Shown here in pieces: positions 50,570 to 59,369 of a stretch of DNA of 64,000 nt. Source of the DNA: a bacterium (GTDB taxonomy: Bacteria; Patescibacteriota; Microgenomatia; Levybacterales; UBA12049); the NCBI GenBank assembly GCA_021813145.1, contig JAKALS010000004.1:72594-136593 (forward strand). The letters are read 5' to 3'. A model generated the notes under the pieces. It had not been told where the DNA came from. It did not search any database and saw nothing but the letters and a program-made list of their open reading frames with translations. Numbering within the stretch: position 1 is the first letter of the stretch; each line of letters starts with the position of its first letter. The position numbers were made by a program, and so were the translations under genes.

Positions 50570-51613
50570 ATGGTTAATGAACAATATAGGCCAGAAGTCA
50601 TAAATGCCGAACAAAGACTAGGAATTCACTTTGTCAAACCCGATAGCTATTTGGCTGACAGATTAAATTCTCAAATTGCAATAATTGCTGAAACTTTGAA
50701 TGTTCCCGCTAGTATGCCCGTTATACCAGCAAGGGGATTTATTGATAGGCCTTTATTAACCGGGCAGAGACGTGAGATAGATCAACTTATAGAGCTAGAA
50801 TATGCTAATGATGCTGTAGACTTGCAAGATGGATTAACGGCAATTCCTGTAAGAGAAAATGGCGAACGAATGGTACATTTACCTACGCTATTTGAAAGAG
50901 ACAGAATTCCTCTAAGTTTATCATCGCTTCCGTTTCATGAGGCTTGTGGAGAATGGGCGGGAAAAGAAAGGGTATTCTGGGCAAGACAGCAAGTTGCAGA
51001 ACATTTATTAAGAGCAGGAATAGCATTAGATAAGTTAGATATCGTTTTGCATATTGAAGATGCTTTTCGTCCCGTTGGGGTTCAAGAAGGACTTTTTCTT
51101 AGAAGAGCGAAAATGATACTTCAGGAACATCCTGAATGGATAGTTAACTGGGATAAAGTTTGGGCAGAAGCAAGAAGCAAAACAGCCATAACTCCCTTAA
51201 TGGCAGGTCATAAGTCAGGCGCTGCGTTAGACATAACGTTACGAAAGAAATCTAATGGGGAACCTCTATCTATAGGGAACAAATATCCCGAAGGTGGAGC
51301 TAAGGTTGCATTACGTTATCCATATGTTACTCAAGAAGAATGGGCTGCGCGTCAGTTATTCGTCCGCACCATGGAAATGGCAGGTTTACGAAGATATCCA
51401 TATGAAACTTGGCATATCTCATACGGTGACTTGTCTGCGGGTATTTCAGCTGATTCTGATACGGAAATAACGTCGGGTTACGAAGCAATGTACGGTCCTA
51501 TTGAGGGCTTCAACTCTAATGGTGAAGTAATTCCTTACTCTACAGATACGTACAATCAACCATTCTATTCGCAGTTAGAATTACTGGATATAATAAAGAG
51601 GGAAGGTAGATAG
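50570..51613 (+). CDS. VanX/DdpX-like D-Ala-D-Ala dipeptidase (M15D)
   Basis: EDAFRP..VQ, GHKSGAALDITL, ETWHISYG; TTGAAA-17-TATAAT promoter. Confidence 0.8.
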   Translation: MVNEQYRPEVINAEQRLGIHFVKPDSYLADRLNSQIAIIAETLNVPASMPVIPARGFIDRPLLTGQRREIDQLIELEYANDAVDLQDGLTAIPVRENGERMVHLPTLFERDRIPLSLSSLPFHEACGEWAGKERVFWARQQVAEHLLRAGIALDKLDIVLHIEDAFRPVGVQEGLFLRRAKMILQEHPEWIVNWDKVWAEARSKTAITPLMAGHKSGAALDITLRKKSNGEPLSIGNKYPEGGAKVALRYPYVTQEEWAARQLFVRTMEMAGLRRYPYETWHISYGDLSAGISADSDTEITSGYEAMYGPIEGFNSNGEVIPYSTDTYNQPFYSQLELLDIIKREGR

Positions 51614-51617
51614 CTTC

Positions 51618-52775
51618 TTATTTTACTTCAAAAACAACAGTATCTTTTGTAATACGGTCCATTTTTTCTAGATCAACATCCCACCCTCTACCAGGTGTAG
51701 TTGGCACTTTAATATATGCTCCATCAGGTTCTCTTTCCATTGGAGCAACACATGGATCGTCACCTTCTTTAAAATATGCGGAAGTGCCTGAGATATCAGA
51801 TGGTAACGTAACTCCTGGATGCGCAGCCATCGCTAAAGAATGAGCCTTCCCAGGAGAAGTTAGCTCAACCATTCCGCCAACCCATGTGTCAACTCCTCTT
51901 TCTTGACAGTAATCAATCATTTTTCGAGCAATGTCTAATCCTCCAACTCTAGTCACCTTAATGTTAATTATGGGGATTCCTCCTTCTACTGCTTGTTCCA
52001 AATCGCTCATTGTATGAATACTCTCATCTAAGCAAATTCTTCCTGGAACACTATTTACATTAAATTCTTGTTGTAATTGTGTATGAGCAACGATATCGTT
52101 ATATGCCAATGGCTGTTCCATCATTAGCAAATCAAGATTTCCATATCCAATAAGTAATCTTTTGTGCTCTGGATTATGTAAATCAAAAGATGAGTTAGCG
52201 TCAATCATGAGTAGTACATCTGGATATGCTGTTCGAATACGTGCAATCTTATCCAAATCTCCTTGACTTGGCCCAACTTTTATTTTTATACGACGGTATT
52301 TATCTTTTGAAATTCTTTCTGCAATTTGTTCTAACGAATCGTTTTTTGAAATGCTTACTCCTACCTCGACTTGAGGCTTTTCTCCTCCCAATAATGTGAA
52401 CAAAGGAACATCCTTATCGATTGCTTCAGCATCCAAGTATAGATTAGCGAATGCCGCTTGGAAAATTGGATGATCCATAAGAAATCCTAGAGATCGAACA
52501 GCTTCGCGTGGATCATCGAAATCTTTGCCTACAAATTTACTTCCAATTTCATTTAGTAATGCCCATGCCTCTATGGTTGATTCAGACCCATAAACAGGGA
52601 ATTTAGTAGTATCTATTGAACTCCAAGCTTCAACTCCATTTGAAGTTTGCCCACGCAGAGCAATCATATCTCTTTTGGGACCAATATCTCGAGGTAAACC
52701 ATCAACGTCACCAAGAGAAAAGACATGTCTCATCTCCGGCGTGATGTATCGTGCTTCTAAACGTTCGAATTTCAT
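51618..52775 (-). CDS. enolase-superfamily NSAR/OSBS (N-acyl/succinyl amino-acid racemase)
   Basis: KIKVGP, IDAN, EQP, LDES, INIK..RVGG, WVGGM, PSDIS. Confidence 0.85.
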   Translation of the reverse strand: MKFERLEARYITPEMRHVFSLGDVDGLPRDIGPKRDMIALRGQTSNGVEAWSSIDTTKFPVYGSESTIEAWALLNEIGSKFVGKDFDDPREAVRSLGFLMDHPIFQAAFANLYLDAEAIDKDVPLFTLLGGEKPQVEVGVSISKNDSLEQIAERISKDKYRRIKIKVGPSQGDLDKIARIRTAYPDVLLMIDANSSFDLHNPEHKRLLIGYGNLDLLMMEQPLAYNDIVAHTQLQQEFNVNSVPGRICLDESIHTMSDLEQAVEGGIPIINIKVTRVGGLDIARKMIDYCQERGVDTWVGGMVELTSPGKAHSLAMAAHPGVTLPSDISGTSAYFKEGDDPCVAPMEREPDGAYIKVPTTPGRGWDVDLEKMDRITKDTVVFEVK

Positions 52776-52781
52776 AATAAT

Positions 52782-53408
52782 TTAGTAATCTAAGTTAAAT
52801 ACTAGAGCATATGCATCTCCAACATTGTAATTTAGTTCACTGTATGAAATCCTATCGTTTTGGGGAATATCCGCATACATAGGCCGTCCGTATAACCCTG
52901 GAAGCAAGACTCTCTCATCCATAGAATAACCTCTGATTTCCCCTGATTGCTTCATTGCTTCGAGTGTATTTTTAATACCGGCTTCAATATTTGGATTTTG
53001 CGTCTCGGTAAACACAATGTGATAACCTCTTTCAATTCCCCTTCTTACTCTTTCCTGAGACATTTTTCTATAAAGACCTGTTTTTTGCGCTTCACCTTCA
53101 ATTAAAACGCCTGCAAGGTAAACGCCCATTCCTTCTGGAAATGGAAAGTTAACCCCTGGAATTCCGTCAAAGGCATCTTTTGGAGATTTAAATTCTATTG
53201 AATCGAAACCAACAGCTCTTCCAGAGCCTTCTGCGACATAAATACTTAAAACATCTCCTTTTAAATGCCTTCGAACATCATCATCTGTGGGGACAAAACC
53301 GCTGGTATTTCGGCAGGCAAGAATTTGTTGAATTGTATCTTCGCCAATTCTCGGATCTTCACAACCAGCGACACTTTCTAAACGTCTAGCAATTATATTT
53401 TCTATCAT
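52782..53408 (-). CDS. GNAT-fold acyltransferase-like protein
   Basis: VYLAGVLI...QKTGLY acetyl-CoA-binding-like motif, TQNP; GGGAGGTGA SD. Confidence 0.6.
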   Translation of the reverse strand: MIENIIARRLESVAGCEDPRIGEDTIQQILACRNTSGFVPTDDDVRRHLKGDVLSIYVAEGSGRAVGFDSIEFKSPKDAFDGIPGVNFPFPEGMGVYLAGVLIEGEAQKTGLYRKMSQERVRRGIERGYHIVFTETQNPNIEAGIKNTLEAMKQSGEIRGYSMDERVLLPGLYGRPMYADIPQNDRISYSELNYNVGDAYALVFNLDY

Positions 53409-53510
53409 TTAGTCTCACCTCCCTTTTTTTCAATCTCATAGTTAATTAATGGAGTTATACACCTAAGTCTTGTAAAATGCAAGAGTTATAGGCTTTAAGG
53501 AATATTTTAC

Positions 53511-53852
53511 TTAACCTTTTCTCTCACCACCTCTGTAGACATAGGTATCAATTTCATTACAAAGCCTTGGCCAAAGAACATCGATAATTCGTTCATGTAC
53601 CATGCCAACGTTTATATCAAGTTCTTGCATTGTCTGTTGCCCTTGTTCAGTAGTCATCTTATACAAAGGACTATCTCCCTTAATCCTGCTTCCACTAAAA
53701 GTCCATTCTATTTCAGTTCTTTGTTGATCACTTAGTCTAAATAAGTCAATCCCAGCTAATTCTAATGTAACCGGTTTATCTACGGGAATCTCTGTTGCAG
53801 CTAATATTGCTTTCACTTTCTCTGTGGGAGTTAACTCTGCAAAAGCTTTCAT
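53511..53852 (-). CDS. hypothetical protein
   Basis: ATG with TATAAT 8 nt upstream. Confidence 0.55.
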   Translation of the reverse strand: MKAFAELTPTEKVKAILAATEIPVDKPVTLELAGIDLFRLSDQQRTEIEWTFSGSRIKGDSPLYKMTTEQGQQTMQELDINVGMVHERIIDVLWPRLCNEIDTYVYRGGERKG

Positions 53853-53920
53853 TAGTCAATATTATACATCTGATATTCAAGAGTGGGGACTGCGCACATC
53901 TTGAGTTGTGCGACCCTAAA

Positions 53921-54409
53921 CTATTTCTTAAACTTATACCTTTTTGTAAATACCACCAAGAGGACGACAAAAATTAAGGAAGCACCTAGTGGTGGGAGAA
54001 TATATAATATTAAGCCCAAAATATTATAAGCAAATGAAATAATACCATTCATCAAATCAACGATCTTCGAAAAGATGCCATACATCCCAAGGATTAATAG
54101 CAACCATATAAATTTTTTAGTTTCTTTATACAACTTTCGATCCCTAAGTTTTCTTACAGCTAAGATATATAAACCTAGCCAAAGCTTAAGCCGATACAAT
54201 ACAGCTCCTACTGTTACATAAACCAATGCGCTGTAAAATGCACGATCTAATAAATTAGGGGCTGAAATTGGTTCTATCTTTTTCCACACAAAACTTTTTC
54301 CTAGAGTGAAAGACCACAATAATAATGCTAAAACAAAAAGAACAGTAAATAATGCAGACGCAATAATTCCCCTTTCACGTTTTATAAGAATTTTTTTATA
54401 CCATAACAT
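53921..54409 (-). CDS. 3-4 TM membrane protein downstream of nucC
   Basis: hydrophobic helices; co-oriented with the CBASS genes, ~30 nt gap. Confidence 0.65.
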   Translation of the reverse strand: MLWYKKILIKRERGIIASALFTVLFVLALLLWSFTLGKSFVWKKIEPISAPNLLDRAFYSALVYVTVGAVLYRLKLWLGLYILAVRKLRDRKLYKETKKFIWLLLILGMYGIFSKIVDLMNGIISFAYNILGLILYILPPLGASLIFVVLLVVFTKRYKFKK

Positions 54410-54441
54410 AATCACAAGAGGCAGGTTTAAAAATGTAAACT

Positions 54442-55182
54442 TTACTTTAAATATTCGTTTATATCCATAGCGGGGACAGTTCCTAATTTTTGAAGCTCAA
54501 TAATTAAATTCATAAAAAAATTTACCAAGCTATTTTCATCCTTTTGCAAAGCCAATTGATAAGGTTTTTTATTCTCATCCCAAGGATGATAACTTGAAAG
54601 TTTAAAATATGTTTTTCCTATCAATGAACAACCAAAATTTATTACTTTATTTTCATCGGAATTAACTACTATTCCTTGCATCTCCTTTGACAATGAGCCG
54701 TCAAAAGCTAAAATACCTGCAAGTACTCTAGCGTGTTTCTTAGGAGGATATACCCCTCCCGCATGAGGAATTTCAATACTCGTTCTTTTAAGTTTTCTTA
54801 CGGACTCTGCTTTATTTTGAGCGTAGGTTATATTCTCTTTACTTAAATCCTGTTTTACCTCAATAACTGCATACACACATTCAGCAGGAACATATGTAAC
54901 ACCATTTTGTCTCAATATAAATGGTGAATATTGCCTATCAAAGATGACAATGTCAATCTGGTCACTTATTTCTCCGTCGGAGTCAATAACGAAAGCTTTA
55001 TCCGCACAGTACCTTTTAGGAAGATAGGTTGAAAGCATTTCTATCCACTCTAATTCTGTGAAATCACCTTTCGCCGTAGAATGTCCAACAACAGATCTGT
55101 TAAAAGTTAGCTTAGCTTCCATTTGCGTTTGTAAACCTTTAAATATTTCTTTTGTATTGATTTTGTTTTTTGCTTTTACCAT
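54442..55182 (-). CDS. nucC: CBASS effector endonuclease NucC
   Basis: H..AKGD..E..W...L..YLPKRY, SDQIDIVIFDRQYSP, VPAECVYAVIEVKQ, TVPAMD. Confidence 0.92.
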   Translation of the reverse strand: MVKAKNKINTKEIFKGLQTQMEAKLTFNRSVVGHSTAKGDFTELEWIEMLSTYLPKRYCADKAFVIDSDGEISDQIDIVIFDRQYSPFILRQNGVTYVPAECVYAVIEVKQDLSKENITYAQNKAESVRKLKRTSIEIPHAGGVYPPKKHARVLAGILAFDGSLSKEMQGIVVNSDENKVINFGCSLIGKTYFKLSSYHPWDENKKPYQLALQKDENSLVNFFMNLIIELQKLGTVPAMDINEYLK

Positions 55183-55967
55183 ATAACAGGCGACAAATTT
55201 CCCGTAAGATAAATCGATGTTAAACTACTCGCCGCTTCATTTTTTATTTTAGCTTTTTCTACTTGCGTTAATTCTTCAGATACTTCGTTTCCTAGATTTG
55301 AGGGATCGAGAATAACTTTATCTTCAAAATCATTTGCAAGATAAGTCATTATATCAATAAAATTTTGTGAGGGGCTTCTCGAATAGGATTTTCCGCTTAA
55401 AGCTTCAATAACAGACAACTCTAAATAAAAGGATGGAAAATCTAAGCTCCATAATTTTCTCCAAATTTTCAAAGCTTTGATGTCGGAAATCCTACCTGAA
55501 TTTGCAACGTAACTTATATGTTCATCTATATTTGTTTTCGTCCATGTACCTGGTTTTCTTTTCCAAATAGAGTGATCAGCACTATTAAGAGACTGCTCAA
55601 CCCCTGCTACTAAATCAATTTTGTATCCTGAATGATTTATGCCGATGGAAACATTTTGTTCTCTTACGGAATATCCGGCACCATTAAATCTATTTTTTAA
55701 AGTTGTATATACCTGTTGTAATGTATTACAGGTACTAACAGACGGATTTAGCGAAATGAAATAATCTATGTCAGTTGTACCCGTTATACCAGTCCCTTTT
55801 GCTAAAGATCCCGATAGTTTTAATTCATACTCGTGTCCATTTGCCCAAGAAAGTATATGTATATTCAATTCATTTCCTATTTGAATAACATCATAAGTGA
55901 CATTTGGCGAATGACTTAAAACAACGCTGTTTATGTAATTATCGCTTGCAGATATGTCTAAATTCAT
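55176..55967 (-). CDS. cGAS/DncV-like nucleotidyltransferase (CD-NTase)
   Basis: SGSLAKGT...TDID, QNVSIG, IDLV, K.W, SFYLEL, DPSNLGNEVS; overlaps nucC. Confidence 0.9.
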   Translation of the reverse strand: MNLDISASDNYINSVVLSHSPNVTYDVIQIGNELNIHILSWANGHEYELKLSGSLAKGTGITGTTDIDYFISLNPSVSTCNTLQQVYTTLKNRFNGAGYSVREQNVSIGINHSGYKIDLVAGVEQSLNSADHSIWKRKPGTWTKTNIDEHISYVANSGRISDIKALKIWRKLWSLDFPSFYLELSVIEALSGKSYSRSPSQNFIDIMTYLANDFEDKVILDPSNLGNEVSEELTQVEKAKIKNEAASSLTSIYLTGNLSPVIW

Positions 55968-56013
55968 AAATTCTATTGTAATTTTGATAACAACAAAGAC
56001 TTGATGTCTGGGA

Positions 56014-56205
56014 TTATCTTCCGTGACCAGCTTTATTGTGAGCTCGTCTGGAAATTACATATTCTTCTCCACTTTTTGGAGTAGGGGGAAATCTTTCTCC
56101 TCGATCAACGGTAACTTCATGTTCCGTTTTTCCACCGCGGGGACCGATTACTCTTGCTTCTCCTGAAAACGGAGATATTTCTCCTGGCTTAAATGTTTTA
56201 GGCAC
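56014..56205 (-). CDS. YjzC-like small protein
   Basis: FKPGEISPFSG...VIGPRGG...GERFPPTP; GTG start overlapping the lexA end with GGGTGA SD. Confidence 0.8.
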   Translation of the reverse strand: MPKTFKPGEISPFSGEARVIGPRGGKTEHEVTVDRGERFPPTPKSGEEYVISRRAHNKAGHGR

Positions 56206-56833
56206 TTTTATCACCCGCCTTAACAACATCAACAACAATTCCTTGTATTAAAAGGTCTTCGAAAACATAGATCGGTTTATTTGCGGGGTTTGACGAAATT
56301 GGCTCAAGGATAATATGTCCATCTCCATTTTTAAGCTTTTTAATTGTCGCATCGTCTCCGATTAAAGCTACAATTATTTGTCCAGGGTTTGCTGTATTTT
56401 GTTTCCTGATTAACACGTAGTCACCGTTATCGATTGTTCTGCCGTTAATATCCGCCTCGTTCATACTATCTCCAACCGCTTTTAAGAAGAAGTAATCATT
56501 TAGCGTAACTTTTATTTTTTTAGATTCGTAGGGAATGTAGGCTTCGATATTTTGAGTAGCAAGAATTGGAGTACCAGCCGCAACGTTTCCCACAAGGGGA
56601 ATGTTTATTTTTTCTCCAGAATAAGAAGGCTGTAAAGATCGGGATTGATTAGGAGTGTGGGAAAGATAATCCTTCTCCTTTAGAGCCTCCACGTGTCTTT
56701 GAACGGCGCTAATATAGTTATGTCCAGAAGCTTTTCTAATCTCTTCAAGAGTTGGAGGTTTACCAAGTTTAATAGTTAAATCTTTTATGATTGTTAAGAT
56801 ATTTCCCTGTTGGGCTGTTAGACTTTTTCTCAT
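56198..56833 (-). CDS. lexA: LexA repressor (S24 autopeptidase)
   Basis: LTAQQ, PPTLEEI wHTH, VAAG cleavage site, GDSM catalytic Ser, ATIKK catalytic Lys. Confidence 0.9.
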   Translation of the reverse strand: MRKSLTAQQGNILTIIKDLTIKLGKPPTLEEIRKASGHNYISAVQRHVEALKEKDYLSHTPNQSRSLQPSYSGEKINIPLVGNVAAGTPILATQNIEAYIPYESKKIKVTLNDYFFLKAVGDSMNEADINGRTIDNGDYVLIRKQNTANPGQIIVALIGDDATIKKLKNGDGHIILEPISSNPANKPIYVFEDLLIQGIVVDVVKAGDKSA

Positions 56834-56836
56834 GGT

Positions 56837-56860
56837 TGGTATATAATACCACTAATAGTG
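56837..56860. promoter_or_regulatory. two adjacent palindromes, candidate LexA operators
   Basis: TGGTAT-ATA-ATACCA (56837-56851) and CACTA-A-TAGTG (56850-56860) in the divergent gap. Confidence 0.4.
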
Positions 56861-56865
56861 TAAAT

Positions 56866-57582
56866 ATGCAAGCAGCAGATTCAAACAAAGGTATTAAGTC
56901 AAACCAGTATTGGGAAGATATGGCTTCTATCCTCTCTAATATGAAAAGGTTTAAAAAAGCTGTTATTGATGCTAGGATAAAATGGAAAATCCCAATAACA
57001 GGCTTGCCATGGGATAAAAGGGGTAATTGGTATTCTTCATTATTCGTAAATCCAGACAACACAGATAAAAACTATTATACTTCTGGACAAGATCAACTTA
57101 TTCCGCCAAGTGAAGTTATTCGTTCGACTTTAAAAGAAATATCCGAACAGTTTAACTTAGATAACAGATGGCATTCCTCGCTTCTTCTGCATATTGCTTC
57201 TGATGACGTTCCTTTAACTGCCCCTTTCGGATCACCCTCCCTTGAAATACGCATAAACGATTCAAGACTACCGGAGAAGGAGTGGATTATAAAAAGAATG
57301 TGGATTGAGATTTATCCCGACACCAGTTTAAAAGATATTCAAACACTCTGGAAACGTATCGAGACTTACCAATCAATGATGTCTACGCAATATCCTAAAA
57401 AGAGACGTCCTTTGGAAAACGTTAAAAAGTATATTAAAGTTAGGGAACTTGAAGATAACAATACTACACATAAAAAGATAGCAAATGATTATCCTGAACT
57501 TGGATTTGGCACTTACAAAGACGTCGCAGACTTTAAAAATCGGATTGAAGAAAGATTTTCCCCAAAAAGAGTTAGAAAATAA
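56866..57582 (+). CDS. hypothetical protein, possible C-terminal HTH
   Basis: divergent from lexA; C-terminal THKKIA helix pattern. Confidence 0.65.
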   Translation: MQAADSNKGIKSNQYWEDMASILSNMKRFKKAVIDARIKWKIPITGLPWDKRGNWYSSLFVNPDNTDKNYYTSGQDQLIPPSEVIRSTLKEISEQFNLDNRWHSSLLLHIASDDVPLTAPFGSPSLEIRINDSRLPEKEWIIKRMWIEIYPDTSLKDIQTLWKRIETYQSMMSTQYPKKRRPLENVKKYIKVRELEDNNTTHKKIANDYPELGFGTYKDVADFKNRIEERFSPKRVRK

Positions 57583-57645
57583 CGGTCTTTATTAAAGCAA
57601 TATAAATCGGTATTCATAGTGCTCTTGATGCCCTAGTATAAGGGT

Positions 57646-58962
57646 ATGCAAAACTTAAACATTGTCTATTCGGACATTTCCCAGCTTAAACCCGCTACAT
57701 ATAATCCGAGGGCTTGGAATGATGAGGCAATAAAGCAACTTACGGAAAGTATTAAACGTTTCGGATTAGTAGACCCTATTATCGTAAACGGTTCTAAAGA
57801 AAGATTTAATATTGTAATTGGTGGACATTTTAGACTTAAGGTTGCCAAGGATCTAGGATATGCTGAAATCCCCTGTGTCTATGTAAATATCCCTGACATT
57901 GAGAAAGAAAAGGAATTAAATCTTCGATTAAACCGTAATGTCGGTGAATGGGACTGGGATTTACTTTCCGAATTTGGAGAAAACTTGCTTTCAGACGTTG
58001 GCTTCTCTAGTGAAGAACTGGATGATATTTTTCAAATTGAAGAAACACCCGAGCAATTTGACCTTTGGAAAGAACTACAAAAATTAAATATCACTAAAAT
58101 TGCGACTCAAAAGGGGGACGTATATAAGCTAGGTGAAAATAGATTAATGTGTGGAGATAGCACCATAGAAAGTGATGTGCTGAAACTAATGAACGGTGAA
58201 CAAGCGGATATGTGCTTCACGGATCCTCCGTATCTTTTAGATTATCTCCACGGAAAGAAAAAGAAGGGTAAAGTAACCGAGGGTTTTGGAGCAAAAAGAG
58301 ATAGAAAATATCTTGAAACAGACGTACTTCCTCCTGATTTTACAGAAAAGTGGATGACAAACATCGCCAAAATCCAAAAGCTAGATTTCTCAATCATAAT
58401 TTTTGAAAATCCCAAGAACTTAAGGACAATTTGGTGTGAACTTGAGAAACATTGGAGATACAGAAATACAATTGTTTGGCATCTTCCAAATAGAATGCAA
58501 GGATTTGCCGCAAAATATAAGTTCTTCAATAAACATGACATTGCTCTAGTTGGGACAAGTGGCGATATTGGTTTAAACCTTGCTAGCGAAGACGAACTGT
58601 TTCAGAATGAATATGAAAATGCTCTATACGCAACTTCCGGAAAACCACACTGGGAAGGATATGAAAAAGGAAAGAAAATCCAACCAAGTGATTTTATTGA
58701 ATTTGTTGCTTCAGACGAAAAACACTCAGGACAAGGAATAATTTTCGGCACCAAACCTATCGAGGTTCTTATTCCTTATCTTAAGGTTTTAACAAAACGC
58801 GGAGATTTGGTAATTGAACCATTTGGTGGTAGCGGTAGTACGCTTATCGCCAGCGAAAAACTTAGAAGACGCTGCTTCATTATGGAGAAATCACCTGTCT
58901 ATGCGGAAGTAATCATAAAACGCTGGGAAAAGTTAACTGGACAAAAAGCAATAAAAATGTGA
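57646..58962 (+). CDS. ParB-N domain fused to an N4/N6 DNA methyltransferase (phage type)
   Basis: LKPATYNPR..SIKRFG..DP...GGHFR; CGDST, FTDPPY, TKP, EPFGGSGST. Confidence 0.9.
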   Translation: MQNLNIVYSDISQLKPATYNPRAWNDEAIKQLTESIKRFGLVDPIIVNGSKERFNIVIGGHFRLKVAKDLGYAEIPCVYVNIPDIEKEKELNLRLNRNVGEWDWDLLSEFGENLLSDVGFSSEELDDIFQIEETPEQFDLWKELQKLNITKIATQKGDVYKLGENRLMCGDSTIESDVLKLMNGEQADMCFTDPPYLLDYLHGKKKKGKVTEGFGAKRDRKYLETDVLPPDFTEKWMTNIAKIQKLDFSIIIFENPKNLRTIWCELEKHWRYRNTIVWHLPNRMQGFAAKYKFFNKHDIALVGTSGDIGLNLASEDELFQNEYENALYATSGKPHWEGYEKGKKIQPSDFIEFVASDEKHSGQGIIFGTKPIEVLIPYLKVLTKRGDLVIEPFGGSGSTLIASEKLRRRCFIMEKSPVYAEVIIKRWEKLTGQKAIKM

Positions 58963-59369
58963 AAACAGATAAAAACAAACAAATATTAATTGATCAACTA
59001 AGAAAAACGCCGATTATTCAAATCGCTTGCGAAAAATCAGGAATTGGACGAGCAACATATTATCGTTGGAAAAAAGACGATGCAAAATTTTGCGAAAACG
59101 CAGACGAAGCTTTGCAAGAAGGAAGCTTGTTGGTTAATGATATTGCGGAATCTCAGTTAATGAGTGCAATTAAGGATAAAAATATAACTGCAATAATCTT
59201 TTGGCTTAAACACCATCACCCAAATTACGCGACCAAAGTAGAAGTTACTGCAAGACTTAAGGCAGACAATGAAACTTTAAGCCCAGAGCAAGAAGCTTTA
59301 GTAACTAAGGCTTTACAAATTGCGGCTCTAATTCCAAAAGTAAAGGAGGAAGAAAAGCATGATACCTAA
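58959..59369 (+). CDS. HTH protein, probable terminase small subunit
   Basis: ACEKSGIGRATYYRW, AIIFWLK; directly upstream of the large terminase. Confidence 0.7.
   Translation: MKTDKNKQILIDQLRKTPIIQIACEKSGIGRATYYRWKKDDAKFCENADEALQEGSLLVNDIAESQLMSAIKDKNITAIIFWLKHHHPNYATKVEVTARLKADNETLSPEQEALVTKALQIAALIPKVKEEEKHDT

Noticed and set aside
51618-52775. menC / menaquinone biosynthesis
   Set aside because: No other men genes nearby, and the GNAT/peptidase context favours N-acylamino-acid racemase; gene symbol withheld
53886-53916. GC-rich hairpin as the left att site of the element
   Set aside because: No matching copy found near the recombinase; equally explained as a terminator-like stem
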